In this document: one piece after another, positions 27,443 through 41,268 of the stretch
Layout of the letters: each line of letters opens with the position of its first letter
How positions within the stretch are numbered: position 1 is the first letter of the stretch
Origin: Trichoplax adhaerens
Taxonomy: Eukaryota > Animalia > Placozoa
Length of the DNA: 64,000 nt
Assembly (NCBI RefSeq): GCF_000150275.1
Contig: NW_002060951.1
Location: 2,724,580 to 2,788,579 of the forward strand
Direction of reading: 5' to 3'
Translations under genes and position numbers: made by a program
Notes under the pieces: model-generated
Told to the model about the DNA's origin: nothing
Database searches by the model: none
What the model saw: the letters and a program-made list of their open reading frames with translations, nothing else

Positions 27443-29305
27443 ATGGACGAAATTGGTAATATTGATTATTCAGGAAGATAGAACCTAAATTCTATGTGCC
27501 AAAAAATCCGTATTTTGTTATAATCAAAACTCTAATGCATGCCATAACCTGCTACTGTAGCTGATCCACTTTATAATCCGAACCGTTACGGACCAAGTAA
27601 GAAAATAATAGCGGATTCTCTGGAATTACTGGTAGAAGAACACAAAATTTTCATGCAAGAGGGGAGACAGGGTTTGCGACCTATGTTTTTCAAGACGGAT
27701 AAGATAGCAGGTAATTCAGATTTTATGTTTTCTAATAGTTAATTCTTACTACTGTGTCTGTATGCCGCAATGACTGCTTACCAACTATTTATGATTCTTA
27801 AGTATGATATTTATCCATTCGATAACTAAAATATCGAATATTGGAGATAAAATAGTAAACTATTCATTAAGTACTGCATGGAAGAGCTGTCTTTACTTTC
27901 ATACTTTTTTAAAATATTATTTTATGCATCTTCCATAGAAATTGTCTTCACTCTATGCGACTTTTTCGTTGTGGAAGAGATTGTACGCTATGCAACAATA
28001 GAAATCTTCAATAGGTAAAAGAGATCCATTTATGTCCTTTAGTGTCAGTATGTAAGCTACAGTAATTACAATTTTTTTATTCTTACAAGGTTTGAGATTG
28101 AGCACATTCGCAGTGCTTTTGTCTATTTTAGATCAGAATACAAGCAGATTACTGATTTAAAAAGACGATGGTATGAAGTTGAAAAAATAATTGTATATCA
28201 ACTGCCCTTGCGAATCCTAACTTGTTTGCAGATATGTGCGAAAATATACGCAAGCAACAACAATGTAAGTTTGAGTGAAACTATTTCACCGTATTTACCG
28301 AATGGTAGAGAGATGGCTAACTATACTGCATCAGTCCTTCATGACTACAGCATTGCATGTACTCATTGTACTGTATTATATCACTGACGACTATCTATTT
28401 ATTAAAATCAATTTTAAATATCTATTAAATACAACAGAAAAATCAAATTACAGTGAACGAAATAAAAAACCTCTTGGATCGAATAACAGGAAATAGTCAT
28501 GCCTCTAATATAATTTTAGATTCAGAAGTATACGTTTTAGAAACACTACAGTACGATTTAGGTGTAATTATGCCATATACTTTTGTCGAAACTTTACTAG
28601 AAGCTCTAGGTAGGACTTGAGTACATGTAAATACAAACCGGATGAAAGTTAATATCATGTTCCTATATTTTTATGAGATTAGTAGATACAGGGAACATTA
28701 CACAACTGCTTCTTAAAATAATAAGTAGCTCTGTGAAAATTAAGTCTTTAAATTTATCCTGACTCCTGATTCCTCATGGTTGATACTAGTACTCTTATGC
28801 TACATTTCACAGGTTTCGATCTACGAGAAACCAAGATTCAAGCTCTTCACAAACCTTGTGTAGCTTTGTTAGACATAACATACATGAGGCATACTCAAAT
28901 ATATGAAAGAATAAATCGTGAATTTTATGCGAATAATCCTAAGAAAGTTCTCACTGATCTAAGCAAAATGATCATTAAGTACGACTATAAACTTCTTGCA
29001 GTGGCAATTGTGACGTCAGCAAGTTTCGTTGTTGCAGGAAATGAAAATAAGAGTTTTCCTTTCAAGGTTAGAGCAATGACATTAAGCGATTATTTATAGT
29101 GCTGATTGATCAACTGCAGTAGTACAAACGTTATGAACCAAAAGAAATGATTGATCAAAATATTTCAAATACTGTACTTTAATAAACAATTTTACAGGTT
29201 ATCGACAAACTTAGCAACTGGTCATCTATTGCATTCTCAGATATCCAGAAATTCACATTTGGTATTCTTGAAATAATTAAAGGTGATTATAGTAAAGTAA
29301 AATGA
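27443..29305 (+). CDS. CNTD1: Cyclin N-terminal domain-containing protein 1 (COSA-1 ortholog, meiotic crossover factor), 7 exons
   Basis: In-frame spliced peptide includes EIVFTLCD...YATIEIFNRF, LRILTCLQICAKI, ILDSEVYVLETLQY...PYTFVETLLEALG, LHKPCVALLDITY and DYKLLAVAIVTSASF, colinear with vertebrate CNTD1. The start ATG at 27443 is inferred from splice phase. Confidence 0.88.
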
Positions 29306-30176
29306 AAGGTTATATCATATGAGACAGCGTATAAGTTTAACTGTAAGCTTTACTTTTGGATCCGTACACCTTTACAGTGAATAAATTGTTACTTTGTAGA
29401 TTAAGGAACAACTTAATACGCATCATCTTCGTAAATCTAATAAATGTCGTAACGTCTGTTTAAAATACCATTGTTTTAAGCGCGTGTGTAATAATAATCA
29501 ATTATAATCAATTTATTGCAATTTAATAAATAACATGTCAATTATCCTTTAAGTCTTATTTGGGACTAAATGTAAATATATGTTATGAATTGTAATCTAA
29601 AAATAAAGTACTATTGTGTTGTAAAAGAATGTGCATACACATGAAAATTTAGTAATCCACAACGTACAGTGTGACATTGTTATCTTAAATATAGAATCAT
29701 TTCTAAAATGTTATATCGAAAAGTTATTATCGTAAATCAGTTTATACTATAGTTTTCGTTTTGTTGAAAAGATACTGTATTATTATATTAACGAAGTACA
29801 ATTTTGATCCTGAAAGATAAAGAATCTTAATTTATAGCAAAATACCACAAAAACATTAATGTTAGATATACGAGTGTATATTCTCTTTACGAGAGTCACC
29901 CTTCAAATTAAAATAGCGACTAAATAACATATACTTATCGTGCCGCATCTGAACTCCATTTCTGTTGCATCGCTTAATAACGTAAAATGTTCTTAAAGTA
30001 GTTTTTATACTGTGACATCCCATAGTTCATTAAAAGCAATGGTTTACGGTTCAATTTATGGATTGTTTAATGGGAGCCAACTTATCACCCATAATTGTAA
30101 TCCTGTATCAGACGCATATTTTCTGTACTAAATTCTATGCAAACCATTAGTACCAATCGATAGCGAACTCAACCAG

Positions 30177-31028
30177 CTACAAATTAGCTGGTGGTGAAGG
30201 AGGGAGGTTCGAATCTCTCTGATTCCATAATAACATATTAATCACTTCGTTAATATAAAAGTCTATACATTACTATATATTAAATTTTAATAAAATTGTA
30301 TTCTATGGCCAGATATTATTCAATCAACTTACATTGGAATTATTTTGCTTGTGGCTATTATGAAGGCTTGATGGTCTATAACGTTTATATCATACTTTTC
30401 AATTACATGTAGACACAACTATGTTTATTATATTTTAAGGTAACTAAACAAAGTTTACATCTACGAACCTGGCGAGATATAATAAAACTGCCATGATTAT
30501 CCAAGCGGTAATTAGAATTAGGGGAAGAGGGGTTTCGTTACTGGATTGTAAATCTACAGCTACAAAAACAAGTTAAGACTCAAACACTAACAACGATAAA
30601 TCAAAAATGGTAATGAATAGACAAAGAAGCTAAATGCTAGTACTGTTTACAGACAGGATTAATAGCTATGATTTAGCAGCACACTTACAATCCTGGAAAC
30701 ATTGTGTATCCGTACAATGGGTTTGAGAATTTCTTATCTGAAGTAATAAACAATTGTAATTATGATTATTCATTGCAGCAAAAATCGAATTCGTGTTAAT
30801 TTATCTGATAACTGATCCATCCAATTTCATTAGTTAATTGCTTGATATTCATCAGTAATTTCATATTATAGCGTTCAATTTCTACTAAAACACAATACTA
30901 TGCTGCACTTATTTTCTGATGACATGTCCCATTTATCGATGGTCTTTACTTACCAATGAAATAAGCCTTCTCATCGCTCCTTCCTGGTCAAATACGCATT
31001 CGCAAGGATCATAATTAGGATTTGCCAT
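30177..31028 (-). CDS. SMIM14: Small integral membrane protein 14, 5 coding exons
   Basis: MANPNYDPCECVFDQEGAMRRLISL|IRNSQTHCTDTQCFQD|...LILITAWIIMAVLLYLARP...PPSPPANL*; the DPCEC/MRRLI/CTD motifs are those of SMIM14. Confidence 0.9.
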
Positions 31029-32247
31029 CTTGCACTTCTAATTTAGTGTCTGGAATCACTTTTCTGGACACAACAGCGACAAAATGGAAGACGACAATGA
31101 AAAACCGCAGTGTAAAGTTACAGCATTTTAAAGCAGGTAGAGGTAGACAGCAGGAATTAAAAATGCATATATGAACGTATACTATTACTCGCTTATGTCA
31201 GCGAAGTTTCATTGCGATGCAGTAAAATTGCGGCTAAACTTTATAAAGTGTTTACTGTTAATTAAAAAAATATGTTGTACAGTAATTTCTACAAACCGGT
31301 AACAATTGTTACTAAAAACTTAACGGCATGCAGTCTGTATTTCCAAATTTTAATTAAGATCAAGCACGCCTCTTTAAAATATTTTCATCACTATACAGTA
31401 CTAGTTATTCTTTACAACCAAAACATCGTAAGTTCATTATATACGCTTAATTATAATTATCAGTAATTGCTTATTGACTGGACTAGCTTTATAAACTTGG
31501 ATGGCCTATGTAATACGACTAGAAAAGTCTCGCAGATAAGCCATAATTAATTATTATGACTAGCATTATACCAATGTTAGCCTCTATTTCCGTAATGTCC
31601 ATCAGTACTTACTCAGTCGGGAGTTTACAGCAACTAGTAATAATTGCCTAGTGAGATCACGCAAAAGGTATTGCTATTCATGTAATACTATGTACGAGTA
31701 TGCTGTACTGAGCTTGTCGTTGGTAAATAAATAAAGAACAGTCGGATCATATCTAATATACTGTACAGTCAGTCATAAGAGAATATATCTATAGTTTGCA
31801 GTATGATGCCATCTGTTTTACTACGATAGATGTAACAATTTACCACACTTCATTTTATAGGAAAAATAAATTATGTGAAAACGCAACAATCACTTTACGG
31901 TAAATTCTCTCAAATCCCGAAACACATTCCCTTGTTACAGTGTTAATTGTAAATGCGCTTGTAAACAACTACTCAACTCCTAGTTATTTATATTTATATT
32001 CAATAAATTTTGATTTTAAAGGAAAAATATTTATCAATACTGCAGTGCTAGTTTTCTCCTCAGGTTCTGAAATTTCAGTAACATTCAAAAGACGAGCAGC
32101 GTATGATAAAAAAAATTTTAATTTTATTTTATTATGGCCACTTACTGTACTTCCGAGGTTCGAGTTACGATAGAATAAATCCACCCACTCGGAAGTCGTA
32201 AAGCTCATTTATACGTTACAGCACTGCCAGAGAATTCAGGAAGTCCC

Positions 32248-32640
32248 TGGTACAGTACAGTATACCGTACTGTACTGTACAGTGTACAGTATATTATATA
32301 CCGTATGACATACAGTACTGTACAGTACAGTACAGTACAGTACAGTACTGTATGACAATCTGTTGTTAAAATTGTACTGTACAGTACTAAGACTGAAAGA
32401 TTTTCTTCTCTTTTTCATACTGTGTACAGTACAGTACAGTACAGTACAGTACAATACTGTACAGTACATTCTGTAGTCTGCACTGTAATAAAAGGTGCCT
32501 GGGACTACTGTAGTACTGTACTGTACAGTACTGTAGTTCCGTTATTCCGCTGTGCATTGTACTGTACTGTACTGTACAGTGTACAGTACTACAGTACTGG
32601 AGCTATATTTTTATGTACTGTACTGTACAGTACAGTAGTT
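32248..32640. repeat. (CAGTA)n/(TACTG)n array 3, between divergent SMIM14 and SPRING1
   Basis: tacagtacagtacagtacagtacagtactg (32321-32350) and tactgtactgtactgtacagt (about 32560-32580); ends about 120 bp before the SPRING1 ATG. Confidence 0.92.
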
Positions 32641-32761
32641 GTTTGGCGAACGATGTTGTATTAATACTTGATCTAGTATTTACGGTTTAAGACTTGGCGA
32701 GCTAGTTTATAAACACAAAACTTGTGAAGATATTAGTCTTCACGAATAACTAATTCCTTTA

Positions 32762-34522
32762 ATGTATTCTTACTTAACGCGTTATGCACGCAGTTGTTAT
32801 CGTCGTCGTATTTTATTTTCGTTTATTCTTTTAACGTTTACTGCATTATCATTGCTATTTTTACCGTTAAGAAAGGTAAGGTGCTTCAAGATAAAAGTTC
32901 TACATTTTCCCTTAATTTCTTTATAATGCTATATTATTAACTTAACATGTTGCAAATATATACTAATTATAATTATGAGCTGCAACTTGGCTATATATAG
33001 TACTGTAATCATCTTAAAGTCCTAATACAAATATTCTAAGTTAAAAACTGTCAAACTTTCATGCACAGCAATGAATATCAAATGATCTATGCTTATTTTT
33101 GGGGCTTATTTTGTTTAATCTGAATTATTGGTGCTAAGAATTGCTATGGAACAACGTTTAACAATTTAGGACAATAGAAATCAACTAAACAAATATCAAA
33201 AACCGTCAACAATTGTGACAGTTCCTGCTTCAAACAGATTTCTGAGGCCATCCACATTCTTGCCTAACGAACCTCACATACGTTCGTTAAAAGGAGGTAA
33301 ATCCTTGCACAAACCTTATCCAAGTAAAATCAAGTGTCTAAATACGAGACAGGGGAGAGATTTAGTTGCTGACGATCAAGGCAAGTGTTGTTATGTATTT
33401 TTATGGATATTGAAATATAATTGATCGGTTTATTGCTTAGGTGTGGAATACTACTATAAATTATTCAATGTTCAACGTTTATTATTTACAGTTAAACATT
33501 TCTTTAAAAGTTGTACGAGTTAAATTAGATTATGCCAAATATGATTACTAATAGTATTAAAACTAAAACTAATAAAGTAAATATTGTTCACCTGTTTTAC
33601 ATCTAGGTTTAATCTGTAATCGTTCTCGATTACTAAATAATGGATGTTGTGGCAAGATAACTTTCAAGAGAAATTTCGGAAGCGCTTGCCACACCTGCAA
33701 CAGTAATCGTTGCTGTGATCAATACGAATTCTGTGTTTCCTGTTGTCAATATCGGAAAGAAGTAAGAGCGTACAAAGCATATCGTACATGTTACATGGCG
33801 TATATTCTTACATAAATTATTTTTTAGCAATGACGATTTTAAGAACAAAATACTATGCGGTGCTTATATGCAAATCTTACCTAAAAATGATAATACTATA
33901 TAATAAGAGTGATAGTATAGTAAAGATGTGACTTTAAATACATCGTGCAGTTCGCACGCAATGTTGTACTGAATCTGTAGACGTTGGAATTGTGAGCTGT
34001 AAAGTAAAGATAGAAATACTTTCCTGCATAAAATAGCTCGCTTACTAAACTTTGAAAGGCAAGCATTTGTTTATTTTAATTCTAGGTAATTAAATCTCGT
34101 TTGTACGAATATACGAATATAAACATCTAACATTATCATTGTACCTAACCGACATAATATGATATAGCATAATCGGAATGCTCGCGATTATAATTTAGTA
34201 TCGAGTGTATCATTGAAATTAAACCAATACTGTCTATTTTAGGCCTTAGACCTGAAAGAAATAATCCGTAATTCACCTGACGGAATCCAACAACTTCTTA
34301 CCTCGGCAAAGACCCGCTTCGAGTTTTGTTTAATCCAGTGTAGAACATCTTCACGTGTAATTTGCATTTACATGGTTTCATCTAATACTGTTTATAATAT
34401 CGTAGCTGTCCCTTACCTAATTTACTTTTTCTACCGAATAGAGCGTTCATCACGAAAATAGTTACAGGGATTCTACATTTCGTTTTTGTTACGGAGCGGA
34501 AGCAGCAGAATTAACCTCTTAA
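32762..34522 (+). CDS. SPRING1: SREBP pathway regulator in Golgi 1 (C12orf49/UPF0454), 5 exons
   Basis: Type-II TM anchor (RRRILFSFILLTF...), then CLNTRQGRDLVADDQG|LICNR...NGCC...CCDQYEFCVSCC, RFEFCLIQCRTSSR|SVHHENSYRD...FCYG; the Cys pattern is that of SPRING1. Confidence 0.92.
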
Positions 34523-34769
34523 AAAAAATAGAGTTAACTTTTAAAACCGTCAGATTTCAGTTATCCACGTAATGAATCTAAATAGAATCTACTTGGAGTA
34601 GTGGTACTACCAGTAGATTATATCAATTTCATTTACATACACGAACAAAAGTAAGAAGACGATGTCAAAATTAGTAGATGCAGTATTATTATCATATACC
34701 AATATTATAAACCGATTATCTCGATCTCTGATTTATTAACTTATGGTTGCATGAAAGTAAGACATAAAA

Positions 34770-37700
34770 ATGAATACGGATAGGCAAGTAATTGAGGACA
34801 CCGATAGTACTTATGCAAAGCTAAAGCTCAATATAACTGATGACTTACTCGCATCATCATCACCCTGGCATGAGGTTGGTACTTTTTTAGACTGGTAACT
34901 CTAATAAACGTATACATGATCCTACAGTATCAATAACTAATAAAATGCTGTTTAATTATTATTAATCGAACGATTCTTTTCGTAGATATTTAGGGCAGCC
35001 AGTGATGATTTGAGGGAAATACTGACTGAAGAAGCATTTCATAAAATTATTCAATTTGCTGCTTCTGATCTATTAGGATTTAATTTTACTCATCATGTAA
35101 CCTCGTGGCAAAATTACCGCGTAAGATACTCAATTCCTCTTACATTTAAATTAACCAATGCTATGTAGCGTGATGATACTGTACACAATCTCACGAAAGC
35201 ATCAAAGTTGATAGCGCTTATAAAATAACTTATACTATTAGCCGGATGAAAATACAAGTCTGCAGAAGAAATTTAATAATTAAATAGTATGGTGCTACTT
35301 TACTGTAAAAAATTGCAACTAAATAATTCAATAAAATAAAGTAAATAAGCGAAAAATGAATCCATTTATTGCACTTACAGGGTTCGACTGCAAGCTGTAA
35401 TGTAAATTCTAATAGACTTGAAACTGAACATTGGTTAAAGAAAAAATTACAAACAATATTTGAAAAGCGAAGAATAAACCTTGCTAGTCCTATTAATGGA
35501 ATGCAAGAATCTGAAGCTTTTCTTAATTATACCATTAGAACTTGTGTTAACAGAATTAACCAGTATATCAGTTCATTAAGTAATCAGGACATGCCAATGA
35601 AGCGAGATATAACCAAGTGTAAGTTAAATTTAATATTTACTTTCTTACATTTAAAGTCGATTAAAATCAAAAATTTTACCACCCGATACGAGTATTAGGT
35701 GGACCAGTACCATACTCGTTATATGAGTTTTTATTTTATTAACAATACAGTCAGAGTAAGTGATGTCGTGCCTCCAATAATACTTCCAGTGAGAACGTGT
35801 GTATTTAGTCAAGAAAGTGAAACTATGGGCAGCATTTTGGCCAATATGATAGAAATAGATTTTGATTTTACCAAGGAAGTATGCAATCATCTTAATGGCT
35901 ACCTACTACCGAAAAGTTTAAGACAGAAGCTCTTAATAAATGTACTACTCAATGAATCGCTATTAAACGAAAATAATTATGGTAAGTGCTTTTCAATTTG
36001 CTTATTTACTGTCGAATATGAAGAAGCCAATCTTCATATATTCCCGTCAGCTATGTATTATTTTTGAGATTTTAAATTACATACTTATACACGTATATTT
36101 ATTCAGATGTGAGCCCTAAGACCTTGCTGCAAAAGCACCAAACTGCTTTTAAGGCATCTATCGAGCGTGAAATTAAAACATTTTTTGACGGCTCCCTGAT
36201 TGGATCATCAATTGCCGGACTTTTACGTCAGAATATAAGCGGGGTAATCCAGTGATATTTCAGTGATGTGATATATAAAGATTCATTAGAATTGAGAAAA
36301 TCGAACTCAATTACCGATGCTTATTTCTTCTACTGATTACAAATTAACTAGTTTGTTGTAGTAACTTTAAAATGGCGTATTTATTTTATTGTAGGTTATA
36401 GCACAGTCACCTGCTATACGTGATAATTCCACCGAAAGGCGAGAAAGGATATTATTTGAAGTTCTGAGTATCGTCTACGCACATAATAAAACTTATGAGC
36501 CGCAATACATTTACAATTTGTATCCATTAATAATAACATATGAAGACGCTTATTCTTCGATTGACGGTAATTTCTGGAAGCTATTGCATACCATCACAGT
36601 TTATGTGATACGTGCACGGACCGCGTAAATTTTATGCCCATTTAAGTTAATACCCGTAGCATTAAATTTTTTTATTTTAAATTTTTTAGAGTTGACCATG
36701 TTTTTAGCCCTGGTGTTCGCTGTGCTTTGGCCATATTGTTTCCCAATTATAGCTGAAATTCATGAAGCCACTGAAAGAGTTTTGGCTAAATTATTTTCAG
36801 AAGATAAGCCTTTAATGTCACATATATCAAATATTGCAAATATGGAAAATATAAAGGTAAAAGATAGCACGGAATGAAAGCAGTCAAAATTTAAATTTTA
36901 CTCTAATTTGTCTATTTAAGCAATCGATCCTACGGAAATAATATTGATTCTTAACGAAACTGATCTTGCTCCATTTTTATCGTTACGTTACGATTGCAAG
37001 GATCTTCCACTAGAGCTAATGTCTGGAGAACTAAAAATTAACTTTAACTTCGATGAAATTTGCACCGATAGTTTACATAATTCTTCAAGCCAGATGTCCT
37101 TATTTAAGTATCTTATTCGCAAATGGATGGTAGAAATGTTCACAGGAATTCTTAACTTACCCAGTGTAATGTTCGTTCTTGATCAGTTACTTATGAATAA
37201 ATTCAAGGCTGTCGTATTAGAAGACGTTAGTTTATCGTTAATTATGCTTTTACGTGAAGACTTAATGCAGTGTAAGGGCCATGCTGCGTTACTGAGGGTA
37301 AAGTTATTCTTTACAATACTGTAAAGATTCAATAGGCACAGTAAATACTGTATACTAGTGCATGATTATTCATGGTGTAATCATCATAACTACTTTAAGA
37401 AAATCTATTACGTTGTCTCATGTTTATAATTACTTCAATAACATTTTTGGTTAGACCATGATACAAAAACCATGCAAGCTGTATACGACTGATATACAAG
37501 ACGCTGTGGCAGCACTTCGTAGCGGTCAGCCTTTGTTTCAATCGGTTATCAACCATCTTAATAGAAAGTATGATAATTCAAGTATTGAATATCAACCTGA
37601 GCTTTCGTTAAGAATTTCTCTAAAGTTCCAAATATACTTTTGTGATATCAGGCTTTGATTATTATATTGTAATTGTAGTGCATGGCTGTCTTATTCTGAA

Positions 37701-40700
37701 AAATCTACGGAGCTTTCATTACACGCGTTCCAGCCGTTTCAATTAAGAAGAATTACCTTAAGCCTCAATATTTCAACGGCTATTAATATGGCCAAAACCG
37801 GTAACAAGAATTTTATTACATGTATACGTAAAGGCAGCATCCACAGTAACTAATATAACCTATTACTTGCTCAATACTTAATATTTTACGCTATCATATC
37901 AAAACTACTTCCACCTCAGTCCTTGTGCTGATTTATTTAATCAATTAATGTTTCTCTCTTATATGCTACGCAAGATAACTATGACGACATAGTTCAGTCA
38001 CATGCTATACTGTCTCTCCGAGCAAGTGCCTACGTAATCTTTAGTATTCTGTTCGACAACGAAATTATATTTTCAAAGAGAACAAAATCACAACCGACCG
38101 TTGAGAAATATTTGGAAAATAGTCAATCAATCAGATTGATATGGCCGATATCTGAAATTATTTCTTTTCATGATATTCAATCCCAATCTGGTTCTCGTGA
38201 AGCTCATGCAAGAATGTATATTGAATTAAAGTATCAAACAGATTTAGATGGTGACGATAAATTGCTAGGATATGCTATAATCTCTATGAAAAAATTACAA
38301 AATGATAACCCAAATCTTATTCGTTGGTCTTTGGAGTCACTCACATTGAAAAGTGACTTGATTTCCCTTGATAATCATCATAATTCTAACTGGCAGTCCA
38401 GCCACTCGCTAGCTTCTGATAAGTTATCAAAGTCTATAAAGTCATGCATAATTGCTTCTGTAGTAAGTGAAAATCTTTCGGAACATCTATCTCTACAAAT
38501 GATTGATCCCAACATCTGGACGCCTCAACTTCAGTCAACTGAAACTGTCCATATTACTGAATTAACAAGTGATCTCGACTTTTATATCGACTCAATCCGT
38601 TACCTGCCAGATAATGCAACTATTATTAAGGTAATAAGACTAAACGCGAGCGGCAATGTGTAAATGAGCGATCATTTACTTCAAGTAATTGAATAAACTT
38701 TCACTTTAGATTGCAATGTACAAATCTCGATTAAATCGACTGATATTTATCGCGTAAAATCCATACTTAATAATTACAGAAGTATTTTAAATTTTTAATG
38801 TCTTATTCTCTCTTTAGGTAGCTTATTCACTTTTTACCTCCTCTTGGGAAAAAATTAATTTCGTACCTGCCGATCAGTCGACTTCTTACCCAATTCTAAC
38901 TTCATCTGCAAAATGCCCGAAATTCACATATCGATACTCCTTTGTTTCTGATAATAGTGACAAAGATATTTTGTGTTGGGAGCGCAACGCAATATTGTTA
39001 ATTCGCATTTTGACTGTTGATCTTCACTTCGGTAATGTCGCTGTACTCGGAAATGGATATTTACCGATTTTTACTAGGATAGATGATAAGGTATCGCTTT
39101 ATTCCTAAAACTATTCTTGAACTTAACAGTTGCTGAATTTAAATTATATTACTTTTTATACTATGAAGACAACCCTCAATTTTGGTGGACACCAGTTGGT
39201 AATTTATCAAAATTTACCAGAACGAAATCAGTCACTAACCATGGAAAATATCGCACGCTTTTGTGTAAAAGTACCTGCAGCATCTATTGTAGTAAGGTTG
39301 ACTCCCCATACCAAAGTAAGATATTGTTTATGATGGTACATGTATCAGTTTGTATTCAGCCATAGAGGAATTCTTTGGCTTAATTTAATATTTTTAAACT
39401 GTAAATAGCACAATAATTACGTGCTATTCATTATTTAGTATACGCTAATTTTAATTTAGATACATACTTAATATTGGATATCTTGTTGCAGGACTATGTT
39501 TCACAACCAGAGTATACAAGTGGATATTACAAAACAGAAGCTTGTTATCCTACGAAGTCTGAAATAGACGTGATAAATCATTACTTAACTACCACAACCT
39601 ATTCTTCTACTGTAGCAGATATTACCAAATCATTGATTCTGAAGGATAAGCCAGTAGTTCGTCAAGCAGCTCATCACTTAATGCGTGCAAATCATGACAG
39701 ATCAACCTTATCAGCTCAAGCTGTCGGCAACGCTGTTAATCAGTTTAGGAAAAAAGTCTCTTTAGCGCGCTCTGCTGCTGTTGTTTCTAAAGGAATATAT
39801 GATGATGCAGTAAGTAATGCAAGTACAATCAACGATGCCAATAGCATATCGACTGAGAATTTATTGCCAAAGCAACATATTAGTACAGAAGCTAAGCAGG
39901 AGATAAATATGTACATAAAGTCTCGTTTTCGTACAAAAGATCAATTATCTTATCTTGATTTATCTCGCTCTGTGCTATACGAAGAGTCAGTTGGTTTAAC
40001 AGTAAAACTCGATAGACTTTATGGAATGCAATCGAAGGGCTACTTAAATGTCTTCTGTTACACATGGATGAATAAGCGTTCTAATGATGAAGGAAACTGT
40101 CTTTTACTTTCTCACAAACGAGACTGCTGGCATAAAACCGCATCACCTTTATTCATCGATTCCCAGCATGTTAGCGCTGATTTTTGCAAAGCAAAAACTA
40201 AAACTGGCGTTATCTAATAATTATGTTTTTACTTTCTAACATAGAAATTTCAGCCTCCATATGGTCATGCTGTTGCTTTAGTCCTTATGGTTTACGGTGT
40301 GGAGAGATTTAATTACATTCCTACTACGAACACGCAAAGTGGAACTACCATTGCACAAAATGATCCAGACTTAGACCCGAAATATATCGGCTGGAGCATA
40401 TTACCACTGTTCAGCAGGTCCTACATTCAATACAATTTCCATATTCAGACTAACGCATTTGATACTTAATTAAGTCATAACAAATATGGCGTCTTTATAA
40501 TTGTAAGATATTTAAACATTAAATCATCTTACGAATAGTAACTGCGTTGCCTGTTCCAAATATTTATTGCCATTATATGACAACTACCCACAGGTATTAA
40601 TTTATAATTAAACTAGCTTTTGGTAATTGTATCTTCAAAATTCATACTTTTTTCTGGTTAATTAACAATTTTAAAGGCGGCTTTGTCAATATCTCCGACA

Positions 40701-41268
40701 AAGACAATATCAAGTCTTTTGCAAACAGCTATCAAGCAGCAAAAAATTTCTGTTCTAGTAAGATTGCAAAGGTTTTTGTAACGTTTTAGGGTAGCAGTTA
40801 CCACTCTTTAAGCACTAAAATCAAACACGTGTTTTACTATCATCTATTTAGCCGACTGCAAGTCTCGAAATTAGTCTTTGGGATGGTCACTTTTCCCAGG
40901 ATGAATGCTATCCGTTGAGGGTATCTATTTACATAAGCTTTACACAGACACCAAGATATCCTAAGGACATATTTATTATTTCTCGCAGTCGATATATAAA
41001 CCAACTATTAATTAATAGTGGAATATGATTCTTAATATGTAAATTGTAGGTAAACAACGACTTCTTCCAGTTGGGTGATGCAGATCGACTCCAGAGCACG
41101 ATTTTGAGTGATACTTTTGAGTGTGGAACATTGATGGAATTCTTTATTGAATCTCTACCAGAAAAAGATAAAAAGCCGTCAGAAGAATTACTAGCAGATG
41201 CATTTCGTAGTTTCGAAGTACACCTTAATGAAATAATGGAAAAGAAATTGGCAAGTAGTATCATTTAG
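34770..41268 (+). CDS. Uncharacterised large multi-exon protein: degenerate TBC (Rab-GAP-like) domain plus several C2-like domains
   Basis: About 18 GT-AG exons; the junctions I checked are phase-compatible. TBC-like motifs: LPKSLRQKL, YNLYPLI, DKPLMSHI, RKWMVEMFTGILNLPSVMFVLDQLL. C2-like strands: LLGYAIISM, LDFYIDSIRYLPDNATIIKV, VLGNGYLPIF, GLTVKLDRLYG, YIGWSILPLF. Confidence 0.75.

Noticed and set aside
30172-30220. tRNA-like look: hairpin accagcta/tagctggt plus GGTTCGAATC
   Set aside because: No acceptor stem, D-arm or valid anticodon loop; the segment is the antisense of the last SMIM14 coding exon.
8461-34522. Functional lipid-metabolism cluster (desaturase plus SREBP regulator SPRING1)
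   Set aside because: The genes are 23 kb apart with five unrelated genes between them, and there is no evidence of co-regulation.
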